Shown piece after piece: positions 45,170 to 55,589 of a DNA stretch of 55,693 nucleotides; the first letter of the stretch is position 1; each line of letters starts with the position of its first letter. Location of the stretch: the IMG/VR virus record IMGVR_UViG_3300022696_000140, positions 1 to 55,693 of that record, one strand, 5' to 3'. Source of the DNA: a virus. Taxonomy: Duplodnaviria > Caudoviricetes. The notes below the pieces were generated by a model. That model ran no database searches, was not told the origin of the DNA, and saw only the letters and a program-made list of their open reading frames with translations. The position numbers and the translations under genes are program-made.

Positions 45170-46714
45170 ATGAAATTAAAACTATTCAATCAAGTCTATT
45201 TTCAAATATATGGTATTGAATTCGATCAAAGCAAAGAGTTGTCAAACTACATGACAACATTTGCCAAAAATTACAAATTCCATCCGAAATTCAAGCAAGG
45301 TATTTGGAGTGGAAAAATTTCTTTCTATGATCATGCACTTCAGATATTTCCAATTGGATTGTTGAGTGTTTTCATTAAATTCTGTGAAGATTTTCAATAC
45401 GAATACTCATTCGGATTCAATCCACAATCCATTTTATATGACAATACATTAAAAAATAAAGAATTAAATAGTTTTTATAAAGAAATTTTCAACAATGTTA
45501 AAATGGATGGTAAGCCTTTAGAGTTGAGATATTATCAAAAAGAGGCAATTGAAAATATATTAAAAAACAAAAAATGCACCATTGAGAGTGCCACAGGAAG
45601 CGGAAAAAGTCTTCTCATATACACAACAATTAGATATATAAAAAATCGTTGTGATATTGAAGTTGAGAATTATAATAAGAGTCTTGTTAAAAAAAATAAA
45701 ATTTTACTTGTTGTTCCTAATGTTTCTTTGGTTGAGCAGATGTATTCTGATTTTAAATCGTATGGTTATACTAACATAGAGAAAGATGTTGACGTTTTAT
45801 ATAATGGTAAACAACTCTCTAACAAACAGATTTTAATATCCACATGGCAATCAATACATAAAAAGAGTGGTGATTTTTTTGAACAATTCTATGCTATTCT
45901 TGTTGATGAGGTTCATGGTTTGGGTAGTAGCGCATCAATCCAAAAGATTGTTAAGAAATGTATAAATTCTCATTATCGTGTCGGATTCACTGGCACATTA
46001 CCAAATGAGGAAATAGATCAATACAACATTTTCGGCTATCTCGGCCCCTGTGTGTATCGATTGAATAGCTCTACGTTAATCGATAAGGGAATACTATCAA
46101 AAATACTTATTGTTAATCTCATTCTACAATATCCAAAAGAAGTTAAGGGTGTTTTGAAAAAGAAGAAATATGATGAAGAAGTGAGTTTTATAGCCACACA
46201 CCAAGAAAGAAATAAAGTCTTTGATTATATACTTAGTAAACAAAAAGAGCCTAAAAATACTTTAATATTGTGTACAAGAATTTTTCATTTAAAAGATATT
46301 GTAAAATATCTTGAGAATAAATATTCTCATAAATATAAAATTCTTACGATTCATGGCTCTGTTGGTGTTGAGAGAAGAGAGAAAATAAGAAAGTTGATGG
46401 AAAAAAGAAATGATATTCTTCTTGTGGCTACTTATGCAACTTTATCTACTGGTATAAATATTAGAAATCTTCACCATGTGGTTTTTGCATCTTCATATAA
46501 ATCTAAAATAAAAGTATTGCAATCTATTGGTAGAGGTTTAAGATCGAATAAGAATAAAAATAAAATGGTTCTTTGGGATATTGTAGATGACTTCACATAT
46601 ATAAAGAGGACTAAAAAAAGATTTTTGAATTATACTTTTAAACACTGGCTTCTAAGGTTGAAATATTATAAAGATCAAAAATTTAAGTATGTTAATAAAA
46701 AAATAAATATATAA
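45170..46714 (+). CDS. uvsW: SF2 DNA helicase
   Basis: RYYQ, ATGSGKS, STWQS, DEVH, TGT, LQSIGRGLR. Confidence 0.96.
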   Translation: MKLKLFNQVYFQIYGIEFDQSKELSNYMTTFAKNYKFHPKFKQGIWSGKISFYDHALQIFPIGLLSVFIKFCEDFQYEYSFGFNPQSILYDNTLKNKELNSFYKEIFNNVKMDGKPLELRYYQKEAIENILKNKKCTIESATGSGKSLLIYTTIRYIKNRCDIEVENYNKSLVKKNKILLVVPNVSLVEQMYSDFKSYGYTNIEKDVDVLYNGKQLSNKQILISTWQSIHKKSGDFFEQFYAILVDEVHGLGSSASIQKIVKKCINSHYRVGFTGTLPNEEIDQYNIFGYLGPCVYRLNSSTLIDKGILSKILIVNLILQYPKEVKGVLKKKKYDEEVSFIATHQERNKVFDYILSKQKEPKNTLILCTRIFHLKDIVKYLENKYSHKYKILTIHGSVGVERREKIRKLMEKRNDILLVATYATLSTGINIRNLHHVVFASSYKSKIKVLQSIGRGLRSNKNKNKMVLWDIVDDFTYIKRTKKRFLNYTFKHWLLRLKYYKDQKFKYVNKKINI

Positions 46715-46745
46715 AAGAGATTTACTTAATATAGGATTTTTATAT

Positions 46746-47540
46746 ATGGACACTACAAAGATGATTGTGTTTAAAAGTTTTTTGGATAAGTTTGATAGTT
46801 CTCAAACTATAATAGTATTATTATTGATTCTATTAATTGTTTTTTTGTTGAATATTTCTAACGTTACAAAAATCTATAGTTATTTTTATAAATTGCTTTT
46901 TAATAATAATGTGTATAAAAGTAAACTTAGAATTACCATAGATTATGATATATTAAAAAATATTATGGGCCAGAATAGAGATATTGTTAGTAAAATTGAA
47001 CAAATACAGCTTAAAAATATTATACATAGGCAAATGTTATATGTTTCTGATAAATCGAATGAAATCAAAAATAGACTCAAAGTAGGCTTTGAAAATGCTG
47101 TCAATGATAAGTTAAATGTTGTTGATAGTTCTACATACAATGACATACCAAATCTTATATATAAAGATATAAAACATTTTGAAACTGTTATAGAATTGAT
47201 GGAGAATAGTGTTAAAAAAGATTTTAGATCAGCGTTCATATTTAATCATTTTATAGATTTGACTGATGATGAATTTGATAGATATGTTGATGATAAATTT
47301 AGCACTTTTTTTAATAATATGATGGATGTTCTTTTAGATTATTGGTCTTTACAAGGTTCTTTTATGAATATTCAAGATATACGACATTATATAAGAGATA
47401 ATATTCAAGATGATTTGAAGGTTATAATTAGATCGGTTTTTGTTAAAGCTAAAATTTTTGCAAAGGAAAATTTGGCAGATATAGAAAAACTTGAGGAAAA
47501 ATATAGAGAAAACATAGAATCTTTAGGAGGAAGTGTATAA
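46746..47540 (+). CDS. Hypothetical protein with one N-terminal transmembrane segment
   Basis: IIVLLLILLIVFLL. Confidence 0.7.
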   Translation: MDTTKMIVFKSFLDKFDSSQTIIVLLLILLIVFLLNISNVTKIYSYFYKLLFNNNVYKSKLRITIDYDILKNIMGQNRDIVSKIEQIQLKNIIHRQMLYVSDKSNEIKNRLKVGFENAVNDKLNVVDSSTYNDIPNLIYKDIKHFETVIELMENSVKKDFRSAFIFNHFIDLTDDEFDRYVDDKFSTFFNNMMDVLLDYWSLQGSFMNIQDIRHYIRDNIQDDLKVIIRSVFVKAKIFAKENLADIEKLEEKYRENIESLGGSV

Positions 47541-47542
47541 CC

Positions 47543-47902
47543 ATGAGTTCAAAATTAGAAAAATATCTTAGAGAAAAGAATAAAGTTAGAAGTGTTAACA
47601 ATGATCATGATATAGAGTTGAAGTTTAGAGAAGCATTTAAAGAAATATATGAATTAAAAAATTATATGAAAGAGTTAGAGTCGATTAAAGAAAATATTAA
47701 TGAAATTAAAGAATCTTTGAATGTGCGTTTAGATAATGGTAAAAAAGATATTCGTGAAAGTGAGAAAAATTTGTCAGACTTAGAATATGCTACTATGTTG
47801 AGTGATGATGATGGATTGAAAAAACAAAATACTAATAAAATTATAAATAATAATATAGGAAGCGGAATAGATTTAGGACATTCCGCTCAGTTGTTAGAAT
47901 AA
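47543..47902 (+). CDS. Hypothetical coiled-coil protein
   Basis: AGGAGG RBS. Confidence 0.75.
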   Translation: MSSKLEKYLREKNKVRSVNNDHDIELKFREAFKEIYELKNYMKELESIKENINEIKESLNVRLDNGKKDIRESEKNLSDLEYATMLSDDDGLKKQNTNKIINNNIGSGIDLGHSAQLLE

Positions 47903-47931
47903 AAAAATGTTAATTATTATAGGAGGAAAAA

Positions 47932-48360
47932 ATGGCCAATGCTATTACTAATAGGTTCAAAAGAGAGCTTTTTGATGGAAATGTTGATTTGTCAGCAAAT
48001 GATTATTGGGCTGTATCGTTAATTGATGCTCGTTACGTTAGTGCTGCTGCAGATACTTTGAACAACTACAATAGTTGGACTGAAATCTCTGATTCCGAAG
48101 TTACTGGATCGGGTTACACTGCTGGAGGCAAGAATCTTTCTGGTGTTACTTTGAATGAGAACGATACAACAAATAAAGTCGTTTGGGATGCTGAAGACTT
48201 AACATGGTCATCATCAACAATTACAGCAAGAGGGGCAGCTATATATGATCCCAACAACGATCTATTGGTAGCTTTGTTTGATTTCACTGAAGACAAATCT
48301 TCTACTGCTGGTGACTTTACGATCAGTTGGAGTTCTAATGGTATTATTGATGTAACTTAA
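47932..48360 (+). CDS. Putative virion structural protein
   Basis: EVTGSGYTAGG, WSSSTITARGAAIY, DF....S..GDFTI.W; TATAAATA at 47842-47849; AGGAGG RBS. Confidence 0.75.
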   Translation: MANAITNRFKRELFDGNVDLSANDYWAVSLIDARYVSAAADTLNNYNSWTEISDSEVTGSGYTAGGKNLSGVTLNENDTTNKVVWDAEDLTWSSSTITARGAAIYDPNNDLLVALFDFTEDKSSTAGDFTISWSSNGIIDVT

Positions 48361-48391
48361 TAGTGCTTACAATTTGATTTTTATTATACAC

Positions 48392-48430
48392 ATGGCCAAA
48401 ATTGAATTTTTCTTTTTTGGTCATTTTTTT
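48392..48430 (+). terminator. Intrinsic terminator
   Basis: ATGGCCAAAA...TTTTGGTCAT followed by T run. Confidence 0.55.
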
Positions 48431-48450
48431 AAAATAGGAGATTTTTGATA

Positions 48451-49017
48451 ATGTCTTTTTACATTACAGCTAAAAAAGATACACAAGAGATTTTAGAATC
48501 TGGATTTAGAAAACCTGACTTAGTTGGTGATTATTTAGTTAAGTACAAAGAAGCTATAGCACAAAACTATTCTGATTCTGTTTCTAACATAGAAATTTTT
48601 GTATTAGATGATAGTCATGAGGATGCTATTAGAGTTAGTAAAAGAGATCAATTTGATATTGTATGGTCTAAAGGATCTATTGCTTCTTTGAATTTTTCTA
48701 TAGAAGATGATAAAAAATGGCTTAGAATAACTACTAATAATAGTGTTGTTAAAGCGAACGGAAAATCTTCTGTTATTGTTTCTATCGAAACATTAAACTC
48801 TAATAAATCTGAAATTGATTCCACCATCAATGGTGGTGTTAAAATACCAATTGTTTTGCCATCTGGACAATCTATGAATTCTGAGTTTAGATTTTATAAT
48901 GGTAAGGCTTCTAAGAAATTCACTTCATTGGATATTGGTGTTTTACAAATTAATTCTAAAAGTGTTATTGATGGATATAGAATAGAAAAAGATGTTTCTG
49001 TGGAATTTGAAATTTAA
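48451..49017 (+). CDS. Putative structural protein; paralog of 5742..6482
   Basis: DIVWSKGSIASLNFSIEDDKKWL vs ELVWTNDDITGLDFSVEDNKRWL. Confidence 0.7.
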   Translation: MSFYITAKKDTQEILESGFRKPDLVGDYLVKYKEAIAQNYSDSVSNIEIFVLDDSHEDAIRVSKRDQFDIVWSKGSIASLNFSIEDDKKWLRITTNNSVVKANGKSSVIVSIETLNSNKSEIDSTINGGVKIPIVLPSGQSMNSEFRFYNGKASKKFTSLDIGVLQINSKSVIDGYRIEKDVSVEFEI

Positions 49018-49042
49018 TAAAATTTAAAAGGAGATTTTTATT

Positions 49043-49333
49043 ATGGCTTTAATAGATGTGTATAATTTGGCTGAAAATGCAGAATTGAAAGCAAGAGTTT
49101 CAGCAGCGGTCGCAAAAGCCGCTTTTGATGTTATTAATGAAGATTCTGGGACTGCTTATCATGCAGAGAGAGTTGTGTGGGCTAAAGATGCTATGAAAGA
49201 CCCAGAAATTGTTTCCGATAAAATGGTTTGGACTGTAGTACAAAATCCAACAATACAATCTAATGGGTTAGATTCTACTGATAATGACATTCAGTTCGTA
49301 GTCAATTCAAACATTAACAATTTTGCGGTGTAA
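49043..49333 (+). CDS. Putative tail-fibre-associated small protein
   Basis: AAGGAG RBS; structural-gene context. Confidence 0.65.
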   Translation: MALIDVYNLAENAELKARVSAAVAKAAFDVINEDSGTAYHAERVVWAKDAMKDPEIVSDKMVWTVVQNPTIQSNGLDSTDNDIQFVVNSNINNFAV

Positions 49334-49343
49334 GCATATCTAA

Positions 49344-52300
49344 ATGGCGACTTCCGGTCTAACAATCCAATCTGGTAAGACTACTTTTGCAAGTAGTAGC
49401 GATACTCACACCGTCACTATTAGTGCAGTTGATTGGTCTAAGGCGTGGATTGAATGGAGTATAGACAATGACGGTTTGAATGCGTCTCAGAGTCTGTATC
49501 GAGTGAGACCTGGAACATCTACTCAGATAATTTTTGAATCGCAAAATTCTGAAAATGCGATAATATCGTGGAAAGTGATTGAGTACGCCAGTGGGGTTGC
49601 CGTTCAACACAATAGCTCCACGCCTAACTCCGCAGGAGCTACGATAAACTACACGCTTTCGGCGGTTGATCTGGCTAAGAGCTGGAACATAGTCAGTTTC
49701 ACATCTCGATTTTCAAGTGAAAGATCAAGCTGTAGGGCATATTTTAGTAGCACTACTCAGGCAAGTGTCGAGCTGGTACGAAGCCGTGACCTTACAGTCA
49801 CCACTGTTGAGCACGATGATGCATCGGTGCAAGAGGATACGGTAAGTTTTCCCGGAACTAACACAACTCAGTCAATTGCAATCTCAACCGTCGATACAAC
49901 TAAGTCCATTCTTTTTGGTGGATATGCTGCAGGCGCCGACAGTGGTTTGGAGCATCGACCGCAATTCAGATTTACCACATCTACGAATGTTGAGGTTACG
50001 AGAGCTACGGCGCTTGGCACTAACTGCAATGTGACTGCGTATTCTATTGAGATATCGACCGCAGACGTGCAGCACGTTAGATCGAGTCAAGCCGGAACGG
50101 TTTGGAATCCTACTTTTACCACACCGTCAAACACGGGAAACGCTTATGCACGCCTGTCTACTAACGGCTGTGATATACCAGAGATAGATGAGAATGAGGT
50201 TCGGCGCGATACTGGGGGATGGACGGCGCAATACTCCCCACCATCGACGGTAAATTTAGAGCGCTCAAGCGCTTTTGGAACATCCCAGATCAATCTCGAT
50301 TTAGTTGAGCTTGGTTTGTCTACTGGAGGTGTTGATACCAGTGCAAGTTTAAACACAGAATCATTAACACTAAGTTCATACGATACTACAATTACTACAA
50401 CAGAGAGTGTTGTTAATGATTTAGATGTAGACTCCTTATTGTTGAGTATATACGATACTACAATTACTACAACAGAGAATGTATCTACTAATCTTGATAC
50501 TGAGTCATTAACTCTAAGTTCGTATGATGTAGATGTTATTAATATTGATAATATAATTTCAGTTTTAAACACAGAATCATTAAATTTAAGTTCATACGAT
50601 ACTACAATTACTACAACAGAGAATGCATCTACTAATCTTGATACTGAGTCATTGAATTTAAGTTCGTATGATACTACAATTACTACAACAGATAGTGTTT
50701 TTACTAATCTTGATACTGAGTCATTAAATTTGAGTTCATACGATGTAGATGTTTTAACAGTAGAGGCTTCAATTGTAAATTTAGATACTGAGTCATTAAC
50801 TCTAAGTTCGTATGATACTACAATTACTACAACAGAGAGTGTTGTTAATAATTTAGATGAACAGAATTTAATTTTAGATATTTATTCAGCCAATGTTGAT
50901 ACTATTGGGGCCGTAACTACTAATCTTAATACTGAATCTCTAACTTTAAGTTCATATGACACAACAATCACTACAACAGATAGTGTTGTTAATGATTTAG
51001 ACGTAGAATCTCTAAATTTAAGTTCTTATAATGTAGATGTTGTTAATATTGAAAATGTTTTTACTAATCTTAATACTGAATCTCTAACTTTAAGTTCATA
51101 TGACACAACAATCACTACAACAGATAGTGTTTCTACTAATCTAAATACTGAATCTTTAACATTAAGTTCATATAATGTAGATGTTAGTTTAGGATCATCT
51201 ATAGATGTAGACGTTAATAATCTTATTTTAGATTTTCATGAAGTTTCTGTAGATATTGCTGGCGCTGTTCAAGTAAATTTAAATGTTCAAAATTTGGTTT
51301 TGGGTTTTTATGATACTACAATTACTACAACAGAGAATGTATCTACTAATCTTGATACAGAATCATTAACTTTAAGTTCATATGATGTCGATTTTATTTC
51401 AAGTATTGAAAATGATTTAGATTTTCAGTCATTAGTTTTAGATGTATATTCTGTTACTATAATTAGTGAAGGTGTTAATGTTGTAAGTCTTGATACAGAA
51501 TCTTTAACTTTAAGTTCATATGATGTTGATGTCTTGGCTGTAGGTTCTGAAACAGTAAATCTTGACACTCTGCCTCTAAATTTAAGCTCATATAGTGTTG
51601 ATGCAATCTCACAATCAAATTCTTTTGTTGTTTTAGATGTAGAATCTTTAACATTAAATTCATATAGTGTTGATGTTGATTTTGGTGTTTTTATACAACC
51701 AACAACAATTAGTCTAAATATAAATACTGTGCCATTATCTTTAGAGACTAATAATAACATCTCTCAAGAATTACTATCTTTAAATATAAATATATATGAT
51801 ACTATTGTTAATATTATAAGATTTGATACATCAGCTACTGTAGATGTTTTCAATTTATTATTGAACAATGCTGGTGTTGGAATATCTGTTGATAAAAATT
51901 TTCCAAATTACAATGAGGTTAGTGTAATGCCTACTAATTGGCTTAGAAAAAGATGTGGTGATGATTATGACAATGAAAGAGATTTGCATGCTAGATTGCA
52001 AACTGAGAGAAATAATCATCATGGTGTATGTGTTCAATATCATATTATAACTTTTGATACTTCTTATAATAAGATATGGGGAGAAGATGATAATAGAAGG
52101 TTTGTTAGAAGTTTTCCTGTTATGGCTTATTATGAATTGCCAAAAGAAGATGAGGTTTGGTCTAAGTTTGGTATTGAAGGTTTAGATCAGTTTAGTATGT
52201 TTGTTACTAAGTTACATTTTACTGAGGCTTCTAAATTTGATAAGGATGGGGCTTATCAAGTATCTAGTTCTTACACACCAAAGATTGGTGATGTTATAAA

Positions 52301-52562
52301 AGCCGAATACAATGATGTGTACTATGAAATAGTTGATGTTGGTGAAGAAGAAGATCTTTTTCTACAAGGTAAACATACTTATGAATTCAAAGTTAGAACA
52401 TATAGAAATGAACATGCAGATTTTACTTCAGCTTCAGAGATAAGTGCTACTGTTTCAAGTTTAGAGGATATTTTCGATTTACAATCTGAAGTTAGCGCAA
52501 ATATGGTTGATATTGGTTCTATTGTAGAAGATGAAGATATTGATAAAACTGGGTGGTGGTAA
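49344..52562 (+). CDS. 1072 aa fusion: beta-rich N-terminal domain + ~20 x 24-aa repeats + C-terminal gp14-like neck domain
   Basis: C-terminus WGED..R.F, SKFGIE..D, PKIGDVI, YEIVDV.EE..F matches T4 gp14 family pattern. Confidence 0.8.
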   Translation: MATSGLTIQSGKTTFASSSDTHTVTISAVDWSKAWIEWSIDNDGLNASQSLYRVRPGTSTQIIFESQNSENAIISWKVIEYASGVAVQHNSSTPNSAGATINYTLSAVDLAKSWNIVSFTSRFSSERSSCRAYFSSTTQASVELVRSRDLTVTTVEHDDASVQEDTVSFPGTNTTQSIAISTVDTTKSILFGGYAAGADSGLEHRPQFRFTTSTNVEVTRATALGTNCNVTAYSIEISTADVQHVRSSQAGTVWNPTFTTPSNTGNAYARLSTNGCDIPEIDENEVRRDTGGWTAQYSPPSTVNLERSSAFGTSQINLDLVELGLSTGGVDTSASLNTESLTLSSYDTTITTTESVVNDLDVDSLLLSIYDTTITTTENVSTNLDTESLTLSSYDVDVINIDNIISVLNTESLNLSSYDTTITTTENASTNLDTESLNLSSYDTTITTTDSVFTNLDTESLNLSSYDVDVLTVEASIVNLDTESLTLSSYDTTITTTESVVNNLDEQNLILDIYSANVDTIGAVTTNLNTESLTLSSYDTTITTTDSVVNDLDVESLNLSSYNVDVVNIENVFTNLNTESLTLSSYDTTITTTDSVSTNLNTESLTLSSYNVDVSLGSSIDVDVNNLILDFHEVSVDIAGAVQVNLNVQNLVLGFYDTTITTTENVSTNLDTESLTLSSYDVDFISSIENDLDFQSLVLDVYSVTIISEGVNVVSLDTESLTLSSYDVDVLAVGSETVNLDTLPLNLSSYSVDAISQSNSFVVLDVESLTLNSYSVDVDFGVFIQPTTISLNINTVPLSLETNNNISQELLSLNINIYDTIVNIIRFDTSATVDVFNLLLNNAGVGISVDKNFPNYNEVSVMPTNWLRKRCGDDYDNERDLHARLQTERNNHHGVCVQYHIITFDTSYNKIWGEDDNRRFVRSFPVMAYYELPKEDEVWSKFGIEGLDQFSMFVTKLHFTEASKFDKDGAYQVSSSYTPKIGDVIKAEYNDVYYEIVDVGEEEDLFLQGKHTYEFKVRTYRNEHADFTSASEISATVSSLEDIFDLQSEVSANMVDIGSIVEDEDIDKTGWW
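50340..51880 (+). repeat. Coding tandem repeat, ~72-nt unit (NLDTESLTLSSYDTTITTTES), about 20-22 copies
   Basis: Counted in translation; degenerates toward the 3' end. Confidence 0.9.
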
Positions 52563-52565
52563 GAT

Positions 52566-52573
52566 TATAAATA
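52566..52573 (+). promoter_or_regulatory. T4-type late promoter
   Basis: TATAAATA followed by GGAGG RBS. Confidence 0.7.
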
Positions 52574-52592
52574 TTTATATATTGGAGGTTTT

Positions 52593-52895
52593 ATGTCAGA
52601 TTTAAAAAAACAAATATCTGAGGCCCTTCGTGGGTTTCCTCAAAAAAAGATAAATGGTAGTCTTGATATAATCAAGGAATTAGCAGATACTAATTTTAGT
52701 GTCAATAAAAGATCACAGATGAGAGCTTCTGAAAAAATGATGGAGCTTGCTATGAGTAATGCCAAATGTTCAAATGAAATTTTTAAAGAGTTTGATTCTT
52801 TTATGTCTAATAAAGGTAAAGAAATATATAATAAATATTATGAGGAAATGGCAAACAATTACGATGAATATGTAAAAAATAATATGGAGATGTGA
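52593..52895 (+). CDS. Hypothetical late protein
   Basis: GGAGG RBS. Confidence 0.75.
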   Translation: MSDLKKQISEALRGFPQKKINGSLDIIKELADTNFSVNKRSQMRASEKMMELAMSNAKCSNEIFKEFDSFMSNKGKEIYNKYYEEMANNYDEYVKNNMEM

Positions 52896-52896
52896 T

Positions 52897-53166
52897 ATGC
52901 CAACTCAATTGATAGATAAATATTCTGAGAGAAGTGGAAAATCGAAACAGGAAGTTGAGCGTCTTTGGGATAAGGCTAAAGGTGTTGTAGATTCTCAATA
53001 TAAAGATGTTGATAAAGAAAGTGATGATTATTGGAAATTGACTATGGGAATATTTAAAAATATGTTGGGGTTAGATGAAGAAGCACCATCAACAACAACA
53101 TCTACTATGGGTAATTATGTTCATAAGAAAAAGTTAATGTGGGGAGATAGAGATGAGAAAGATTGA
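52897..53166 (+). CDS. Hypothetical late protein
   Basis: GGAG RBS; EVERLWDKAK...YWKLTMGIFK. Confidence 0.75.
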   Translation: MPTQLIDKYSERSGKSKQEVERLWDKAKGVVDSQYKDVDKESDDYWKLTMGIFKNMLGLDEEAPSTTTSTMGNYVHKKKLMWGDRDEKD

Positions 53167-53440
53167 TGTTTATTTAAACAAATTATTGAATGAAGCTAAA
53201 AAATTTAATGTCGGTGATTTTGTGACTGGTCAATTAGGATCAAAGTATAATCCTGTTGTTATATACGCTATGATTGTTGGTGGAGATAATAAAAATGGGT
53301 ATGACGTTCTTGCGATAGATACTGATGCTGAAAGAGTTGTTAGTGATAACACTTCTAATTGGATTTTTGATTTTGATAAGATAAAAGAGAAAAAAATACC
53401 TAATCATTTATTATCAAAGATACATTCTTTTAAAGAATAA
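53153..53440 (+). CDS. Hypothetical late protein
   Basis: GGGGAG RBS; overlaps upstream gene. Confidence 0.7.
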   Translation: MRKIDVYLNKLLNEAKKFNVGDFVTGQLGSKYNPVVIYAMIVGGDNKNGYDVLAIDTDAERVVSDNTSNWIFDFDKIKEKKIPNHLLSKIHSFKE

Positions 53441-53449
53441 GAGATTTTA

Positions 53450-53971
53450 ATGCCCCAACTTTCTTTAGAAAAACAGCTACAATATTCAAGTTTTAACAAT
53501 TACTTAGAGTATTTGAAAAGTAATTTTAGAATAAATTCAGTAATTAGAAAAGGGCATTTTTATACTTATTTATATAAATTTGGAAAAGACTATCCAGATG
53601 ATATTTTAAAATATTTTGATTGGTGGCCTTTGACTTTTATTTTCGATGTTAATTATGATAAAAAGTATTTTGTTGGTATGAATCTACATCATATGCCTGT
53701 TTTGTCAAGGCAGATTTGGGTTTCACGTTTAAAGAAAGTGTCCGCTGAAAACTTTGAAAATAATAAACAACCAATAAGAATAAATTATCCATCTTTAATA
53801 TCAATGTTTAAAAAATCTGGGTTTATTGTTAGAAACTATAGAATGGATAGAGTTAATTTGTTGAGGAAAGTACAATTAAATAGTGTTGATGAGGTAGTTA
53901 GATATTACTCTGATACATATTATAAAGTTTCTTATGAGCAATCTGCTAATAGGTATAGGAGTTTGAGATAA
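53450..53971 (+). CDS. 2: DNA end protector (gp2-like)
   Basis: GHFYTYLY, YFDWWPL, GMNLHH.P...R. Confidence 0.82.
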   Translation: MPQLSLEKQLQYSSFNNYLEYLKSNFRINSVIRKGHFYTYLYKFGKDYPDDILKYFDWWPLTFIFDVNYDKKYFVGMNLHHMPVLSRQIWVSRLKKVSAENFENNKQPIRINYPSLISMFKKSGFIVRNYRMDRVNLLRKVQLNSVDEVVRYYSDTYYKVSYEQSANRYRSLR

Positions 53972-55536
53972 TGGCACTTGGTGATTTTATTAAAGATAAT
54001 AGTTTTTTTGGTTTATTTAAATCAAAAAGAAATATAGAGGCAGAAGAGTATGATAAGGAAATGATTGACAGGAGTCTTGCTGTCTCTCAGAGTGAGTTGG
54101 ATGATTATTTATATAAAAGCAATGTTGGTGTTTTTAATGAGTATTCCAGCTATAGTTTTGATTTTTATCCATTTATAAAAAACAAAAAATTTAGAATATC
54201 TAAATATAGAGAGATGTCATTATATCCAGAAATATCTGATGCGTTAGATAATATTGTGAATGATGCTATTGTGGATGATGGTAGAGGAAAATATTTGGAG
54301 TTAGAAATAAAGAATGATAAATATCCAGAATCAAAAAAGAAGAGAATGAACGATGCATTTGATTATTTAGTTAATAAAGTTATTAAATACAATGATGAAG
54401 GTTCTTTTTTATTTAGAAAATGGCTTGTTGAAGGAGAATTATATGTTGAAGCTATATCTAACAAAGAAAAAAATAATATTATTGGGATTAAAGTTTTGCC
54501 TGCATACACAATGTTTCCAATATATAAAGAGGGTGTTATAGATTCTTATATTCAAATTTTGGATGATGTTGATAATATTAATTATGAAAGATTGAAAAAT
54601 TCTGAGTCTGGAAAAAGATTTCATAAAACTCAAATAGCCTTTTCTGATTTTGGTGATTATGGATCATCTTATTTAGACCCAAGAGGTTATTTGGAAAGAG
54701 CGATTAAAACATATAATTTGTTAAGAAATCTTGAAGATAGTATTGTTGTTTATAGGATTGTTAGATCACCTCAGAGAAGAGTGTGGAATGTATACACTGC
54801 TAATATGAGTAGGCCAAGAGCTGAGGCATATCTCAAAAAGGTTATGAGGAAATATAGAAATAAATTTAATTTGGATTCTGATAGTGGAGATATTAAAACC
54901 ACAGTCAATTCACAAAGCCATTCTGAGGATTATTGGTTTAGTAAAAATAGTGAGGGGCAAGGAACAACGGTTGAAACAGTTAACGATTCTATTGATTTAG
55001 GTGAAATAACGGATTTAAATTACTTTTTAAGAAAATTATATAGAGCGTTAAAAATACCATCTACTCGTTGGCACAATAATGAAGGGTCTACGTATGAGCC
55101 TGGTAGGTCTGGTCAGGTAACAAGAGAAGAAATTAAATTTTCGAGATTTGTTGAAGAACAACAGAAAAAATTTAAAAAGGTTGTTATAGATTTGTATATG
55201 ACTCTTATGAATTTTAGGGGTATTGAGGTTGATAGAGATGATATTGATATTAATTTTGTTAAGAGCAATCTTTTTAAAGAGTTTAAAGAAATTGAGATTT
55301 CAGAGCAGAGGTTGGGTATTCTTTCAACCGCAACTAGCTTTATTTCTACCATAGAAAATAAAAATTCTCCAGAAGCTCTTTTTTCTAAGGAATTTGTCTT
55401 AAAAGAGTTTTTTAGGATGAGTGAAGATGAGTATGAGAAGAATAGAGAATTTTTAGAATCTGAGATAGAAAAGCAAATTGAAGTTGTCAAAAGAGATAAA
55501 GAAGAGGGTTTAGATGATGTTGGTGGTGGGTTTTAA
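53971..55536 (+). CDS. 20: Portal protein (gp20)
   Basis: YREMSLYPEI..A...IVNDAIV, FRKWLVEG, LEDSIVVYRIVRSP.RR, EDYWF, TREEIKF. Confidence 0.97.
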   Translation: MALGDFIKDNSFFGLFKSKRNIEAEEYDKEMIDRSLAVSQSELDDYLYKSNVGVFNEYSSYSFDFYPFIKNKKFRISKYREMSLYPEISDALDNIVNDAIVDDGRGKYLELEIKNDKYPESKKKRMNDAFDYLVNKVIKYNDEGSFLFRKWLVEGELYVEAISNKEKNNIIGIKVLPAYTMFPIYKEGVIDSYIQILDDVDNINYERLKNSESGKRFHKTQIAFSDFGDYGSSYLDPRGYLERAIKTYNLLRNLEDSIVVYRIVRSPQRRVWNVYTANMSRPRAEAYLKKVMRKYRNKFNLDSDSGDIKTTVNSQSHSEDYWFSKNSEGQGTTVETVNDSIDLGEITDLNYFLRKLYRALKIPSTRWHNNEGSTYEPGRSGQVTREEIKFSRFVEEQQKKFKKVVIDLYMTLMNFRGIEVDRDDIDINFVKSNLFKEFKEIEISEQRLGILSTATSFISTIENKNSPEALFSKEFVLKEFFRMSEDEYEKNREFLESEIEKQIEVVKRDKEEGLDDVGGGF

Positions 55537-55555
55537 GAGTTTTTTTAAATAAAAT

Positions 55556-55563
55556 TATAAATA
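55556..55563 (+). promoter_or_regulatory. T4-type late promoter
   Basis: TATAAATA followed by GGAGG RBS. Confidence 0.7.
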
Positions 55564-55589
55564 CTTTAAATATTTTTTTGGAGGTTAAA

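Noticed and set aside
49344-52562. Diversity-generating retroelement target
   Set aside because: No reverse transcriptase and no template/variable repeat pair with adenine-specific differences in the window
2595-55490. Many antisense and shadow ORFs in the track (e.g. 2859..3167, 25239..25559, 35081..35413, 50144..50572, 55113..55490)
   Set aside because: They lie opposite well-supported genes and have the Phe/Ser/Leu-rich composition typical of antisense frames
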